A stretch of DNA of 64,000 bases from an uncultured Actinomycetes bacterium (lineage in GTDB: Bacteria > Actinomycetota > Thermoleophilia > Gaiellales > Gaiellaceae), in the NCBI GenBank assembly GCA_963716865.1, contig CAVQUF010000002.1:86316-150315 (forward strand), written 5' to 3'. Below are positions 36,428 through 45,074 of the stretch, one piece after another (position 1 is the stretch's first letter; every line of letters starts with the position of its first letter). A program made the position numbers and the translations under genes. Under the pieces are notes generated by a model that saw only the letters and a list, made by a program, of their open reading frames with translations, had not been told where the DNA came from and searched no databases.

Positions 36428-36664
36428 ATGCAGATGTATTGACGTTCGGCTGAGTACCGATACTTGAGCGCGGTGAACCTCATTCCCCTCGCGCTGACCT
36501 TCAACGAGGGAGGCGGTCGCACCTACGCAACGGTCGTGGGCGATCGTCTCGACGCGCATCGCGTCGGTGCAGTGAGCCTCGTGATTGGGTTGGCTGGGAT
36601 CGCCGCCGCAATCGCACTTGCGCGGCGCGAGCGCCTGCGCTCCTGAACGTTCTCAACCGCGCTC

Positions 36665-36694
36665 GGGTTACATCCCCGAACACTGGTCCAAGCC
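36665..36694 (+). repeat. Repeat family D, copy 3
   Basis: GGGTTACATCCCCGAACACTGGTCCAAGCC, just before the 3' end of the minus-strand hydrolase gene. Confidence 0.75.
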
Positions 36695-36702
36695 TTTAGT
36701 GC

Positions 36703-37593
36703 CTATGCCGCGGAGGCGAAGAAGTCGATAAGCAGTTGGTTGACGCGTTCAGCCTCGTCGTGATGGACCCAGTGCGACGCGTCGGGCAGGCGCTCGACGC
36801 GGTCGAGGTTGGGTACGTCGTCGCGGTCGGGCTCGGCGAGTTCGGAGCCGAGGTAGGAATCGCGCTCCCCCCAGATCACCAGTGTCGGCGCCGAAATCGG
36901 ACGAAGCTTCGCTGCGGCTTCCTTCTGGGACTGTCGTACCGAGGCGCGGTAGTAGTTGATCATCCCCGACGCTGCTCCTGGTTGCGACCACGCCTCGACG
37001 TAGCGTTCGATTTCCTGCGGCGTGTAAGGCGGGTTCGCGTCCTGCAGGAAGTGTCGGAAGAAGTGCCAGTCTCTGGCGTGCACGACCTCCTCGGGCAGTC
37101 CCGGTGTCGCAAAGAAGAAGAAGTACCAGGACTTCCGGAGCTGGCTCGGGTGGTGCAGTCCCTCCTGGAGCCGCCGCGGATGGGCCGCGTTGAGGATGGC
37201 GAGTCGGTCGACCACCTCGGGGTGGTTCATCGCGGTGGTCCAGGCGATGCTTCCGCCCCAGTCGTGACCGACCAACAGCGCGGACTCGGCACCGAGTTCT
37301 CCGATGAGGCCGCGGATGTCGGCGGCGAGCAGGTCGACGGCGTAGTCCTCGAAGTCCTCTGGCTTCGATGACAGGTTGTAGCCACGCGTATCGGGCGCGA
37401 CGACCCGAAAACCCGCCGCCGCGAGCGGCTCGATCTGTAGCCGCCAACCGAACCAGAACTCCGGGAAGCCGTGCAGCAGAACGATCAGCGGCCCGTCACC
37501 GGCCTCGACGTAATGCAAGCTCTGATCGCCGACCTCGGCATAACCCTCCCGTAGCTCGATCCCGACGTCAGGGAGCAGGCTAGTGGTGGTCAT
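36703..37593 (-). CDS. Alpha/beta hydrolase (epoxide hydrolase / haloalkane dehalogenase-like)
   Basis: LLHGFPEFWFGWR and VGHDWGGSIAW. Confidence 0.9.
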   Translation of the reverse strand: MTTTSLLPDVGIELREGYAEVGDQSLHYVEAGDGPLIVLLHGFPEFWFGWRLQIEPLAAAGFRVVAPDTRGYNLSSKPEDFEDYAVDLLAADIRGLIGELGAESALLVGHDWGGSIAWTTAMNHPEVVDRLAILNAAHPRRLQEGLHHPSQLRKSWYFFFFATPGLPEEVVHARDWHFFRHFLQDANPPYTPQEIERYVEAWSQPGAASGMINYYRASVRQSQKEAAAKLRPISAPTLVIWGERDSYLGSELAEPDRDDVPNLDRVERLPDASHWVHHDEAERVNQLLIDFFASAA

Positions 37594-37700
37594 GAGGACC
37601 TCCGTGGGTAGGTGGATTCGGTTGCGAGACTACGCCTGCCGGTTTGCATACGCAACAACCGTCAGCAGAGCGCCGCGAGACGCACTCGCCCAAGGCGGTC

Positions 37701-37726
37701 TGGTGACATTCCCGAACACTGGCGCA
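37701..37726 (+). repeat. Repeat family D, copy 4
   Basis: TGGTGACATTCCCGAACACTGGCGCA. Confidence 0.75.
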
Positions 37727-37769
37727 GAGGAGGGTTCCGCGCCTGCTGCAGCAGTTGGGTTCACGGGTC

Positions 37770-37798
37770 TTGACAAGGTTGTGAGTGAGTGCTAACTT
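37770..37798 (+). promoter_or_regulatory. Sigma-70-like promoter TTGACA-N17-TAACTT with embedded TetR-type operator; likely leaderless tetR transcript
   Basis: Hexamers read directly. The -10 ends 6 nt before ATG 37805. The spacer GTGAGTGAGTGCTAACTTCC recurs at 38376..38395. Confidence 0.5.
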
Positions 37799-37804
37799 CC
37801 GTCA

Positions 37805-38353
37805 ATGGTCGCCACGGAACGGAAGACGGCAGAGCAGCGGCGCGAGGAGATTCTCGTCGTCGCGATGGAGGAGTTCGGCGAGCACGGGCTGCACGGGACG
37901 TCGACGGACACGATCGCCCGCAGGGCCGGCGTCTCGCAGCCGTATCTCTTCCGGCTCTTCGGCACCAAGAAGGCGCTCTACCTCGAGAGCGTCCGCCGCT
38001 GCTTTCGGGAGACGCTCGAGCTCTTCCAGGAGGCCTCGGTCGGCAAGACCGGGGAGGAGTCGCTGAAGTCGATCGGCACCGCGTACCGCGGGCTGCTCGA
38101 GAACCGGACGCGGCTGCGCGCCCAGATGCAGGCGTACGCCGACTGCGACGACCCCGACGTGCGCGAGGTCGTTCGCGAGGGCTTCGGTGCGCTCGTCGAC
38201 TACGTCGAGCGCGTCTCCGGCGCCGATGGGAAGCGCGTCCGCGACTTCTTCGCCTTCGGGATGCTGCTGAACGTCTTTGCGTCGATGGATCTGCTCGACC
38301 ATCCGGGACCGTGGGCCAAGCGGCTCCTGGACTCGTGCCTCGAGGAGGAGTAA
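37805..38353 (+). CDS. TetR/AcrR-family transcriptional regulator
   Basis: HTH TSTDTIARRAGVSQPYLFRLFGTK. Confidence 0.9.
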   Translation: MVATERKTAEQRREEILVVAMEEFGEHGLHGTSTDTIARRAGVSQPYLFRLFGTKKALYLESVRRCFRETLELFQEASVGKTGEESLKSIGTAYRGLLENRTRLRAQMQAYADCDDPDVREVVREGFGALVDYVERVSGADGKRVRDFFAFGMLLNVFASMDLLDHPGPWAKRLLDSCLEEE

Positions 38354-38375
38354 GGCGCATTTTTTTCGCGCTGAA

Positions 38376-38395
38376 GTAAGTGAGTGGTAACTACC
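38376..38395 (+). promoter_or_regulatory. Second copy of the operator-like motif (GTAAGTGAGTGGTAACTACC) directly upstream of the MFS gene
   Basis: 17/20 identical to 37781..37800; imperfect dyad AGTnAGnnCTnACT. Confidence 0.45.
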
Positions 38396-38396
38396 A

Positions 38397-39827
38397 ATGA
38401 AGGAGGCGAAGATGAACACCCGCAGCACCACGATCTGGACATTCGCGATTACCTCGGTGGCGCTCTTCATGACGACGCTCGACAACCTCGTCGTGACGAC
38501 GGCGCTGCCGGTCATCCGCGTGCAGCTCCACGCGGGCCTCAGCGGGCTCGAGTGGACGGTGAACGCCTACACGCTCACCTTCGCGGTGCTGCTGATCACG
38601 GGCGCCGCACTCGGCGACCGCTTCGGCCGGCGCAAGATGTTCGTCGCCGGCCTCGGAATCTTCACGTTGGCCTCGGCCGCGGCCGCGCTCGCGCCCTCGA
38701 TCGAGGTGCTGATCGCTGCCCGCGCGCTGCAGGGCTTCGGCGGGGCGATCGTGCTGCCGCTGACACTCACCATCCTGAGCGCGGCATTCCCGGCCGAGCG
38801 CCGCGGGCTCGTGCTCGGCGCGTGGGGCGGGATCAGCGGCCTCGCGGTCGCGCTCGGCCCGCTCGTCGGCGGCGCCGTCGTCGAGGGCATCTCGTGGCAG
38901 TGGATCTTCTGGCTCAACGTCCCGATCGGGCTCGTCCTGATCCCGCTCGCGGCGCTGCGGCTGAAGGAGAGCCGCGGCCCGAACAGCTCGCTCGACCTCC
39001 CGGGCGTCGTCCTGGCGAGCGCCGGCCTCTTCGGGATCGTGTGGGGCCTCGTGCGCGGGAACCAGGTCGGCTGGACGAGCCCCGAGATCGTGCTCGCGCT
39101 CTCCGCGGGAGCGATGGTGCTCGGCCTGTTCGTGCTCTGGGAGACCCGCGCCAAGGCGCCGATGCTGCCGCTGCGGTTCTTCCGCAACCGGACGTTCTCG
39201 GCGGCCAACGCAGCCTCGCTGCTGATGTTCTTCGGGATGTTCGGGTCGATCTTCCTCCTGGCGCAGTTCTTCCAGACGGTGCAGGGCTACTCGCCGCTCC
39301 AGGCCGGGCTGCGGATCCTGCCGTGGACGGCGATGCCGATCCTCGTCGCGCCGCTCGCCGGCGCGCTCTCCGACCGGATCGGAGGCCGGCCGCTGCTGGT
39401 GGTCGGGCTCGCGCTCCAGGCCGTGGGGCTCGCCTGGATCGCGCTCGTCTCGACGCCGACGACCCCGTACTCGGAGCTCGTCGTGCCGTTCGTGCTCTCC
39501 GGGATCGGGATGGCGATGTACTTCGCGCCGGTCGCGAACGTCGTCCTCTCCTCCGTGCGGCCCGAGGAGGAGGGCCAGGCATCGGGCGCCAACAACGCGA
39601 TCCGCGAGCTCGGCGGCGTGTTCGGCGTGGCGGTGCTCGCCTCGGTCTTCGCCCACTACGGCGGGTACGGAACGGGCACGACCTTCGTAGACGGCCTGAC
39701 GCCGGCGATCTACGTCGGCGCCGCGATCGTCGCGCTGGGCTCGGTCATCGCCCTCGGCGTCTCACGCGGCCGCCGTCCGCAGGTCGAGCCCCAGCAGGAG
39801 TACGAGCCCCTGGCGGAGGCTGCGTAG
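38397..39827 (+). CDS. MFS transporter, DHA2 (14-TM, EmrB/QacA-like) drug:proton antiporter
   Basis: LGDRFGRRKMF motif and about 14 hydrophobic segments. The alternative ATG 38412 is preceded by GAAGGAGG. Confidence 0.9.
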   Translation: MKEAKMNTRSTTIWTFAITSVALFMTTLDNLVVTTALPVIRVQLHAGLSGLEWTVNAYTLTFAVLLITGAALGDRFGRRKMFVAGLGIFTLASAAAALAPSIEVLIAARALQGFGGAIVLPLTLTILSAAFPAERRGLVLGAWGGISGLAVALGPLVGGAVVEGISWQWIFWLNVPIGLVLIPLAALRLKESRGPNSSLDLPGVVLASAGLFGIVWGLVRGNQVGWTSPEIVLALSAGAMVLGLFVLWETRAKAPMLPLRFFRNRTFSAANAASLLMFFGMFGSIFLLAQFFQTVQGYSPLQAGLRILPWTAMPILVAPLAGALSDRIGGRPLLVVGLALQAVGLAWIALVSTPTTPYSELVVPFVLSGIGMAMYFAPVANVVLSSVRPEEEGQASGANNAIRELGGVFGVAVLASVFAHYGGYGTGTTFVDGLTPAIYVGAAIVALGSVIALGVSRGRRPQVEPQQEYEPLAEAA

Positions 39828-39844
39828 AGGAGGAAAGCCGTCTT

Positions 39845-40711
39845 CTAGCCCGACTGCAGGAGGGCGTAGCCCTCCCGCAGGAACGGCGTTCGGTCGACGA
39901 GGGCGCGGATCTCCTCCGAGGGGTGCGCGCCCTCCTCGGTCACCACGAGGTCGATCAGCTCCGGCGGGGTGAGGTCGAGCTCGGCGGCGTTCAGTCCGGG
40001 TGCCTTGGAGGCCTCGATCGGGGCGAGCTTGATGATCTCGCAGGCGACGATCGTCGGCACGCTCTCGGCGGCGGCCGCCTCGGCGAGCTCTCGCGTCCCG
40101 GCCTTGTTGCAGAGCGTGCCGCAGCGGAACACGGTGTCGGCGCCGACGAGCAGGAGCGAGGCCCACCGCAGCTCGGCCGGCGCGTCGTCGTCCTCGACGA
40201 GCTCGACGTCTAGCCCTTCGGCGCGGAGGTCGGCGGCGAACGCGCGCCCCTCGTCCTGAGGCGACGACGCGGTGCAGATCACGCGCTCGGGCGGGGTGTG
40301 CACCAGCGCCTCGCGAACGGTCGCCGAGGCGGAGTGCGTCAGCACCACAGCCTCCGTGAGGCGGTCCTGGAGCTGGATGGCGATCGAGGCCGCGGCGCGG
40401 CGGCGGCCCTCGATCAGCCCCTCGGCCTCCTCGCCGACTAGCTGACGCAGCTGATCCGGCTCGAGCTGAACGTGCCGCTGGGCCGCGGCGAGCAGCCGGC
40501 CGACTGCGCCGGCGACCGCGCCGACGCCCGGGCGGCTTCCCGCGAGCTCGCGTCCGGCGGCGACGAGATTCGCAAGCAGCTCCTCGCCGGTGGCGGCGTC
40601 CGCCTCCGCAACGTCGACCAGCGCCTCGACCGCCCGGCGCGCCATCCAGCTCGCGCCGTGGCGGCGGTCGAGCCGAAGCTCCTCGACCCGCTCCCCCAGG
40701 ATCGTGGCCAC
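39845..40711 (-). CDS. eIF-2B alpha/beta/delta-like family protein (sugar-phosphate isomerase-like)
   Basis: VLTHSASATV, LVGADTVFRCGTLCNKAGT, VPTIVACEIIKL. GTG 40711 is preferred; the track extension to 40831 is Cys/Arg-rich and contains repeat D5. Confidence 0.7.
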   Translation of the reverse strand: MATILGERVEELRLDRRHGASWMARRAVEALVDVAEADAATGEELLANLVAAGRELAGSRPGVGAVAGAVGRLLAAAQRHVQLEPDQLRQLVGEEAEGLIEGRRRAAASIAIQLQDRLTEAVVLTHSASATVREALVHTPPERVICTASSPQDEGRAFAADLRAEGLDVELVEDDDAPAELRWASLLLVGADTVFRCGTLCNKAGTRELAEAAAAESVPTIVACEIIKLAPIEASKAPGLNAAELDLTPPELIDLVVTEEGAHPSEEIRALVDRTPFLREGYALLQSG

Positions 40712-40758
40712 GGCGACATTGTCGCAGATGGCGCGTGAGCGGCACCGTCGCGTGCGAT

Positions 40759-40779
40759 CGTGACAATGCACGGTGCCCC
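40759..40779 (+). repeat. Repeat family D, copy 5 (short variant, right edge of lower-GC insert; weakest copy)
   Basis: CGTGACAATGCACGGTGCCCC. About 17/20 plus one indel versus copy 0 (GTGACAAGCACGCTGGCCC). Confidence 0.45.
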
Positions 40780-40937
40780 TTCCAGTGATGATGCTCAGGT
40801 TCTCGGTCGGTAGCACCAAGCCGCAGGCCACACTCGGCCGCGGCGCAGGCTGGTTGCCTGCGCGAGGCCGAGGGTGGGCTGTGGCGCAGCGTGATAGCGG
40901 GCGAGAGACGGGCGCTCATTGCTGGGAGGGGCACTAG

Positions 40938-42053
40938 ATGGAGCGTCTGCTCGTCCTGGGCGCCGGCGCAGGCCAGCTCGGCCTGCTCGCGGCAGCGCGT
41001 GAGCGCGGCCTGTTCGTGATCGCGGTCGACCGCGACGCGGGCGCGCCGGGCTTCCGCTACGCCGACCGGCGGGCGATCGTCTCCGTCGACGACGAGCCCG
41101 CTCTCGAGCGCCTGGCCGAGGCCGAGCGGATCGACGGAGTGGCCGCGCCGGGGGCCGACTGGCCGGTGGGCCCCGCCGCCCGCATCGCGGCAAGGCTCGG
41201 CGTGCCCCATCCGATCTCGCCCGAGACGGCGCTGCTCTCGACCTCGAAGCTGCGCCAGCGCGAGCGCTTCGCCGAGGTGGGCGTGCCGCAGACGGGCTGG
41301 AAGGTGGTCACGCGCGCGGACGAGGTGGTCGGCGTGCCGTGCCTCGTGCGAGCGCCGGACCGGCACGGCCGCCGGGCCCGCGCGCTCGTGCGCTCCTCGC
41401 GGGAGCTGCGCGCCGCGGTCAAGACGGCGCTGCGCGCCTCCCGGATCGGGCTCTGCCTCGTCGAGGAGCTGGCCGAGGAGCCCGTGGTCACCGTCAGCGC
41501 CTTCTCCAGGGCCGGTGTCTTCCACGCGCTGACCGTGGCCGACCGCGCTCCCCTGACGCACGTCTGGGAGAGCGAGCACGCGGACGCGGCGGTGGCGCTC
41601 GCGCGGCAGGCCGCTGATGCCCTCGAAATCCAGGACGGCGCGTCCGTCACCCAGCTGCGCATCGGTCCCGACGGGCCGCGTGTGCAGGGAGTCTCGGCGC
41701 GGACCGGCGGCGGCCACGAGGCGGAGCTCTGCCGGGCTGCGCTCGGCGTCGACCTGAACGGTCTCGCGCTGGCGGCCGCGCTCGGCGAGCCGATCTCGGA
41801 GCGGCGCCTGCGGCCTCGCCGCCGCGTCGGCGGTGCCTGCGTGCTCTTCCTCAGCGGCGCGGGCGAGGCCGAGGGCCTCGCGGAGGCGGAAGCCGCGCCG
41901 GGGATCGAATGGGTCCGCGTCTACGGCTGCGGGTCGGACCGCGCCGGTGCCGTGCTCGCAACGGGCGAGAGCCGTGCCCAGGCTCTCGAGCGGGCGACGC
42001 GGGCGGCCGAATGCGTACGCTTCCGCGCGGCCGATGCCCAGGCGCTCGCCTAG
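40938..42053 (+). CDS. ATP-grasp domain ligase (type 1; paralogue of the frameshifted 32247..33465)
   Basis: MERLLVLGAGAGQLGLLAAARERG pre-ATP-grasp start, like 33465 downward; 371 aa. Confidence 0.8.
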   Translation: MERLLVLGAGAGQLGLLAAARERGLFVIAVDRDAGAPGFRYADRRAIVSVDDEPALERLAEAERIDGVAAPGADWPVGPAARIAARLGVPHPISPETALLSTSKLRQRERFAEVGVPQTGWKVVTRADEVVGVPCLVRAPDRHGRRARALVRSSRELRAAVKTALRASRIGLCLVEELAEEPVVTVSAFSRAGVFHALTVADRAPLTHVWESEHADAAVALARQAADALEIQDGASVTQLRIGPDGPRVQGVSARTGGGHEAELCRAALGVDLNGLALAAALGEPISERRLRPRRRVGGACVLFLSGAGEAEGLAEAEAAPGIEWVRVYGCGSDRAGAVLATGESRAQALERATRAAECVRFRAADAQALA

Positions 42054-43037
42054 ATGAACAAACGGACCCGGATCCTCGCGACGCTCGTCGTCACCGGTCT
42101 CTGCACCGCGTACATCCTCTGGAAGATCAACATCCACCAGACGCTGCACGTGATCGCGAATGCGAACTACGCCTACTTCTTCGCCGCGTTCGCGATCATG
42201 GCGCTCTCCGTCTGGCCGATGGCCTGGCGCTGGGGGCGGCTGCTGCGGGTGCGTGGGATTCACGACCGGCTGGGCTGGCTGGTGCGCGCGTACTTCGTCG
42301 CCTACACGGCGGGGCAGGTGCTCCCGACGGCCGTCGGCGGCGACGCCGTCCGGATTTACGAGACCGCGCGCCGGCACGAGGGCCAGGGAGGCCCGGTCGC
42401 GGCGTCCGTGCTGCTCGAGCGTGCGCTCGGCGGCGCAGCGACGCTCGCCCTGGCGGCGGTCGGGTTCGCGCTGGCGGTCGGCCGCTACCCGGTCGGCCCC
42501 TACCTCTGGATCGAGCTGTTCTTCGTCCTCGCGACGATCGTCCTCGCGGTGGCGCTCTTCTCCCGGCGCGCGCGGCCGCTGCTCGCCCGGACCGCCCCGC
42601 TCCTACGGAAGGTCTGGCTCGAGCGCCCGATACGCGCCGCATACGAGGGGCTGCACTCGTACCGCGATCACCCCGACCTCCTGGCCGGCGTCTTCGTGCT
42701 CACCCTCGCCGTGCAGTCCGTGCGCGTGCTGGCGATCTGGTGCGCCGGGAAGGCGGTCGGCGTCGAGCTCTCCCCGAGGCCGTACTACGTGATGGGGCCG
42801 CTGCTGTTCCTCGTCCTGCTCGTGCCGTTCTCGATCAACGGGATCGCCGTGCGCGAGTCGTTCTTCGTCAGCTTCCTCGGGAGGCTCGGCGTCGATGCCG
42901 ACAAGGCCTTCGCGACCGGATTCATCTTCTTCATGGTCACGATCGCCCTGGCGCTTCCGGGCGCGATCCTGCTCGGCTGGCAGGCACTGCGCGGCCTCTT
43001 CGCCCCGAACGATGCCCCGCAGTTACCACGCAGCTAG
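42054..43037 (+). CDS. Flippase-like membrane protein (lysylphosphatidylglycerol synthase TM-region / UPF0104 family)
   Basis: About 8 TM. AGQVLPTAVGGDAVRIYETARRH is the family signature. The ATG immediately follows the upstream stop. Confidence 0.8.
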   Translation: MNKRTRILATLVVTGLCTAYILWKINIHQTLHVIANANYAYFFAAFAIMALSVWPMAWRWGRLLRVRGIHDRLGWLVRAYFVAYTAGQVLPTAVGGDAVRIYETARRHEGQGGPVAASVLLERALGGAATLALAAVGFALAVGRYPVGPYLWIELFFVLATIVLAVALFSRRARPLLARTAPLLRKVWLERPIRAAYEGLHSYRDHPDLLAGVFVLTLAVQSVRVLAIWCAGKAVGVELSPRPYYVMGPLLFLVLLVPFSINGIAVRESFFVSFLGRLGVDADKAFATGFIFFMVTIALALPGAILLGWQALRGLFAPNDAPQLPRS

Positions 43038-43038
43038 C

Positions 43039-43968
43039 GTGTCCGCGGCCTCGCCCGAGGATCGCGTGGAGCGCGCAGTCTCGGTCGTGGTCGTGACCTA
43101 CGACGGGCTCCCGTGGGTCGAGCGCTGCCTCGAGAGCGTGAGCGGCTACGAGACGATCGTCGTCGACAACGGCTCGACGGACGGGACGATCGAGCTGGTT
43201 CGGGAGCGCTTCCCTGACGCGCGCCTGCTCGAGCAGGCGAACAAGGGCCTCGGCGCGGGCTCCAACGTCGGCATGCGAATCGCGGCCGGCGACTACTTCC
43301 TGCTGCTGAACTCCGACGCGTGGGCGGTCGGCGATGCGGTCGAGAGGCTCACGGCGTTCGCCGAGGAGCATCCCGAGGCGGCGGTCGTCGGCCCGCGGCT
43401 CCTCAACCCGGACGGCTCGCTGCAGCCGTCGGTTCGCGGCTTCCCGACGCTCTGGCGGCTGGCGACCGAGTACTTCTTCCTGCGCAAGCTCGCACCGAGG
43501 TCACGGGCGCTGAACGCGTTCTACGGCTCCCGCTTCGCGCACGACGAGGTGCGCGAGGCCGAGTTCCTGATGGGCGCCTGCCTCCTCGTCCGCCGGCAGG
43601 CCGCCGATACCGTAGGGCTCTTCGACGAGGACTTCTTCATGTTCAGCGAGGAGACGGACTGGTGCTACCGCTTCCGGCAGGCCGGCTGGAGCGTGCTCTT
43701 CACCCCGGAAGCGGAGTTCGTCCACGTGGGGGGTGCGACGACGGCGCGTAACTGGGGGCCGATGTACCGGGAGCAGCTTCGCGGGCACCTTCGCTTCATG
43801 GCGAAGCACCACGGGCTGCGTGAGGCGGAGCGGGCCCGGCGGCTGCTGCTCGCGTCGATGCGGCTGCGGTCGGTCGTCTTCCGCGGCGAGCGGCGCGCGG
43901 CGTCCGCAGAGGCGGCCCGGTGGCTCTCGGGCTCGACCGTGCCCGAGCTGCTGGAGCCGTCCGGGTGA
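43039..43968 (+). CDS. Glycosyltransferase family 2 (rhamnosyltransferase-like)
   Basis: VSVVVVTYDG, VVDNGSTDGT, LLNSDA, FFMFSEETDWCYR. GTG 43039 (track ORF 42895). Confidence 0.9.
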   Translation: MSAASPEDRVERAVSVVVVTYDGLPWVERCLESVSGYETIVVDNGSTDGTIELVRERFPDARLLEQANKGLGAGSNVGMRIAAGDYFLLLNSDAWAVGDAVERLTAFAEEHPEAAVVGPRLLNPDGSLQPSVRGFPTLWRLATEYFFLRKLAPRSRALNAFYGSRFAHDEVREAEFLMGACLLVRRQAADTVGLFDEDFFMFSEETDWCYRFRQAGWSVLFTPEAEFVHVGGATTARNWGPMYREQLRGHLRFMAKHHGLREAERARRLLLASMRLRSVVFRGERRAASAEAARWLSGSTVPELLEPSG

Positions 43969-45074
43969 CCTCCGCGGCACGCCCCACGGCGCTCGTGGTC
44001 GACGTCGGCTGGGTGAACGGGCTCGCCGCGATCCGCTCGCTCGGCCGTGCGGGCGTGCCCGTGCTCGCGCTCGACCACCGGCCGAGCGCGCTCGGCTTCC
44101 GCTCGCGCTACGCGAAGCCCGTGCTCTGCCCGGACCCGCAGGACGAGGAGGCGTTCGTCTCGTTCGTGGAGGGGCTCGGGGAGGCGCTCAACGCGCCCGC
44201 ACCCGTCTTCGCGACGCACGACGAGCCGCTGAACGCGATCGCCCGCGCGGCCGGGCGGCTCGGCGACCGGTTCCTGTACCCGTTCCCGCCCTGGGAGGTC
44301 CTGGCGCGGATCCAGGACAAGCGCGAGCAGCTCGCGGCGGCGGAGAGGGCCGGGATCGCGGTCCCGCGGACGGAGGCTCCGAGCTCGGCCGCGGAGGCGC
44401 GCGCGGCCGCGGACGGGCTCGGCTACCCGGTCCTGGTCAAGCCGTCCTCGACGGAGGGCTTCAAGCGCCGGTTCGGGCGCCAGGCGTTCCGGTGCGAGAC
44501 CGGCACGGAGGTCGAGCGCGCATTCGGCGAGGCCGAGCACTACGGGCCGCTCGTCCAGGAGCTCATCCCGGGCGCCGACGGGACGCTCTTCACGCTAGGC
44601 AGCTACCTCGCCGCCGACGGCGAGGCGCTCGGGCTCTTCTGCGGGCGCAAGCTGCGCCAGACGCCGCCCGGCGTCGGCACCTGTCGCGTGGGGGAGGCGG
44701 TCTGGGCCGAGGACGTCGTCGAGCAGGGGCTGCGGCTCCTGCTCGAGGTCGGGCACACGGGGCTGTCGCAGGTCGAGTTCAAGCGCGACCCGCGTGACGG
44801 GGTGCTGCGGCTGATGGAGATCAACCCGCGGCTGTGGCAGTGGCACGGGCTCGCGACGGCATGTGGCGTGGACCTGCCGCGGATCGCCTACGAGGACCTC
44901 ACCGGCGAGCGGCCGGCTCGGGCCTCGATGAACGGGAAGCGCCGCCGCTGGGCGATCACACTGCAAGCCGGCGAGCGCCCGGCCCTGCAGCGGCCGCCGT
45001 ACGTCGACGCGGTCTTCGCCGTCGACGACCCCAAGCCCGCTCTCGTCCAGGCGACCCGGTTGCTGCGGAGATGA
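43965..45074 (+). CDS. ATP-grasp carboxylate-amine ligase (type 2; D-aspartate-ligase-like)
   Basis: GLAAIRSLGRAGVPV, GYPVLVKPSSTEGFKRRFG, LVQELIPG, EFKRDPRDGVLRLMEINPRLW. GTGA overlap upstream. Confidence 0.85.
   Translation: MTSAARPTALVVDVGWVNGLAAIRSLGRAGVPVLALDHRPSALGFRSRYAKPVLCPDPQDEEAFVSFVEGLGEALNAPAPVFATHDEPLNAIARAAGRLGDRFLYPFPPWEVLARIQDKREQLAAAERAGIAVPRTEAPSSAAEARAAADGLGYPVLVKPSSTEGFKRRFGRQAFRCETGTEVERAFGEAEHYGPLVQELIPGADGTLFTLGSYLAADGEALGLFCGRKLRQTPPGVGTCRVGEAVWAEDVVEQGLRLLLEVGHTGLSQVEFKRDPRDGVLRLMEINPRLWQWHGLATACGVDLPRIAYEDLTGERPARASMNGKRRRWAITLQAGERPALQRPPYVDAVFAVDDPKPALVQATRLLRR

Noticed and set aside
36464-36646. A 60-aa ORF (TTG start) with a C-terminal hydrophobic segment, between family D copies 2 and 3.
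   Set aside because: It has no recognisable family, no clear RBS, and could be a chance ORF. Not reported as a gene, although it would fit a one-cassette unit.
34861-40779. Calling the family D sites integron attC sites and the insert a bona fide integron or CALIN.
   Set aside because: There is no intI-like integrase. I could not find RYYYAAC/GTTRRRY core pairs or the imperfect long palindrome typical of attC around the motif. One cassette is on the opposite strand. I kept it only as a cassette-like hypothesis.
40712-40831. The longer N-terminus (GTG 40831) for the eIF-2B-like gene given by the ORF track.
   Set aside because: The extra 40 residues are Cys/Arg-rich, unlike the family, and are encoded across repeat D copy 5. 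The in-frame GTG at 40711 gives a family-like start (VATILGERVEEL).
39762-42377. Very long alternative-frame or antisense ORFs throughout the window. Examples: 39762..42377 minus, 871 aa; 2863..4704 minus; 3072..4955 plus; 44888..47053 minus; 25625..27280 minus; 8486..9832 plus; 14633..15889 minus.
   Set aside because: Their products are Arg/Ala/Pro/Gly-rich low-complexity strings with no recognisable motifs. They lie opposite or out of frame to ORFs with clear family signatures. This is the expected stop-codon-poor shadow-ORF effect in very GC-rich DNA.
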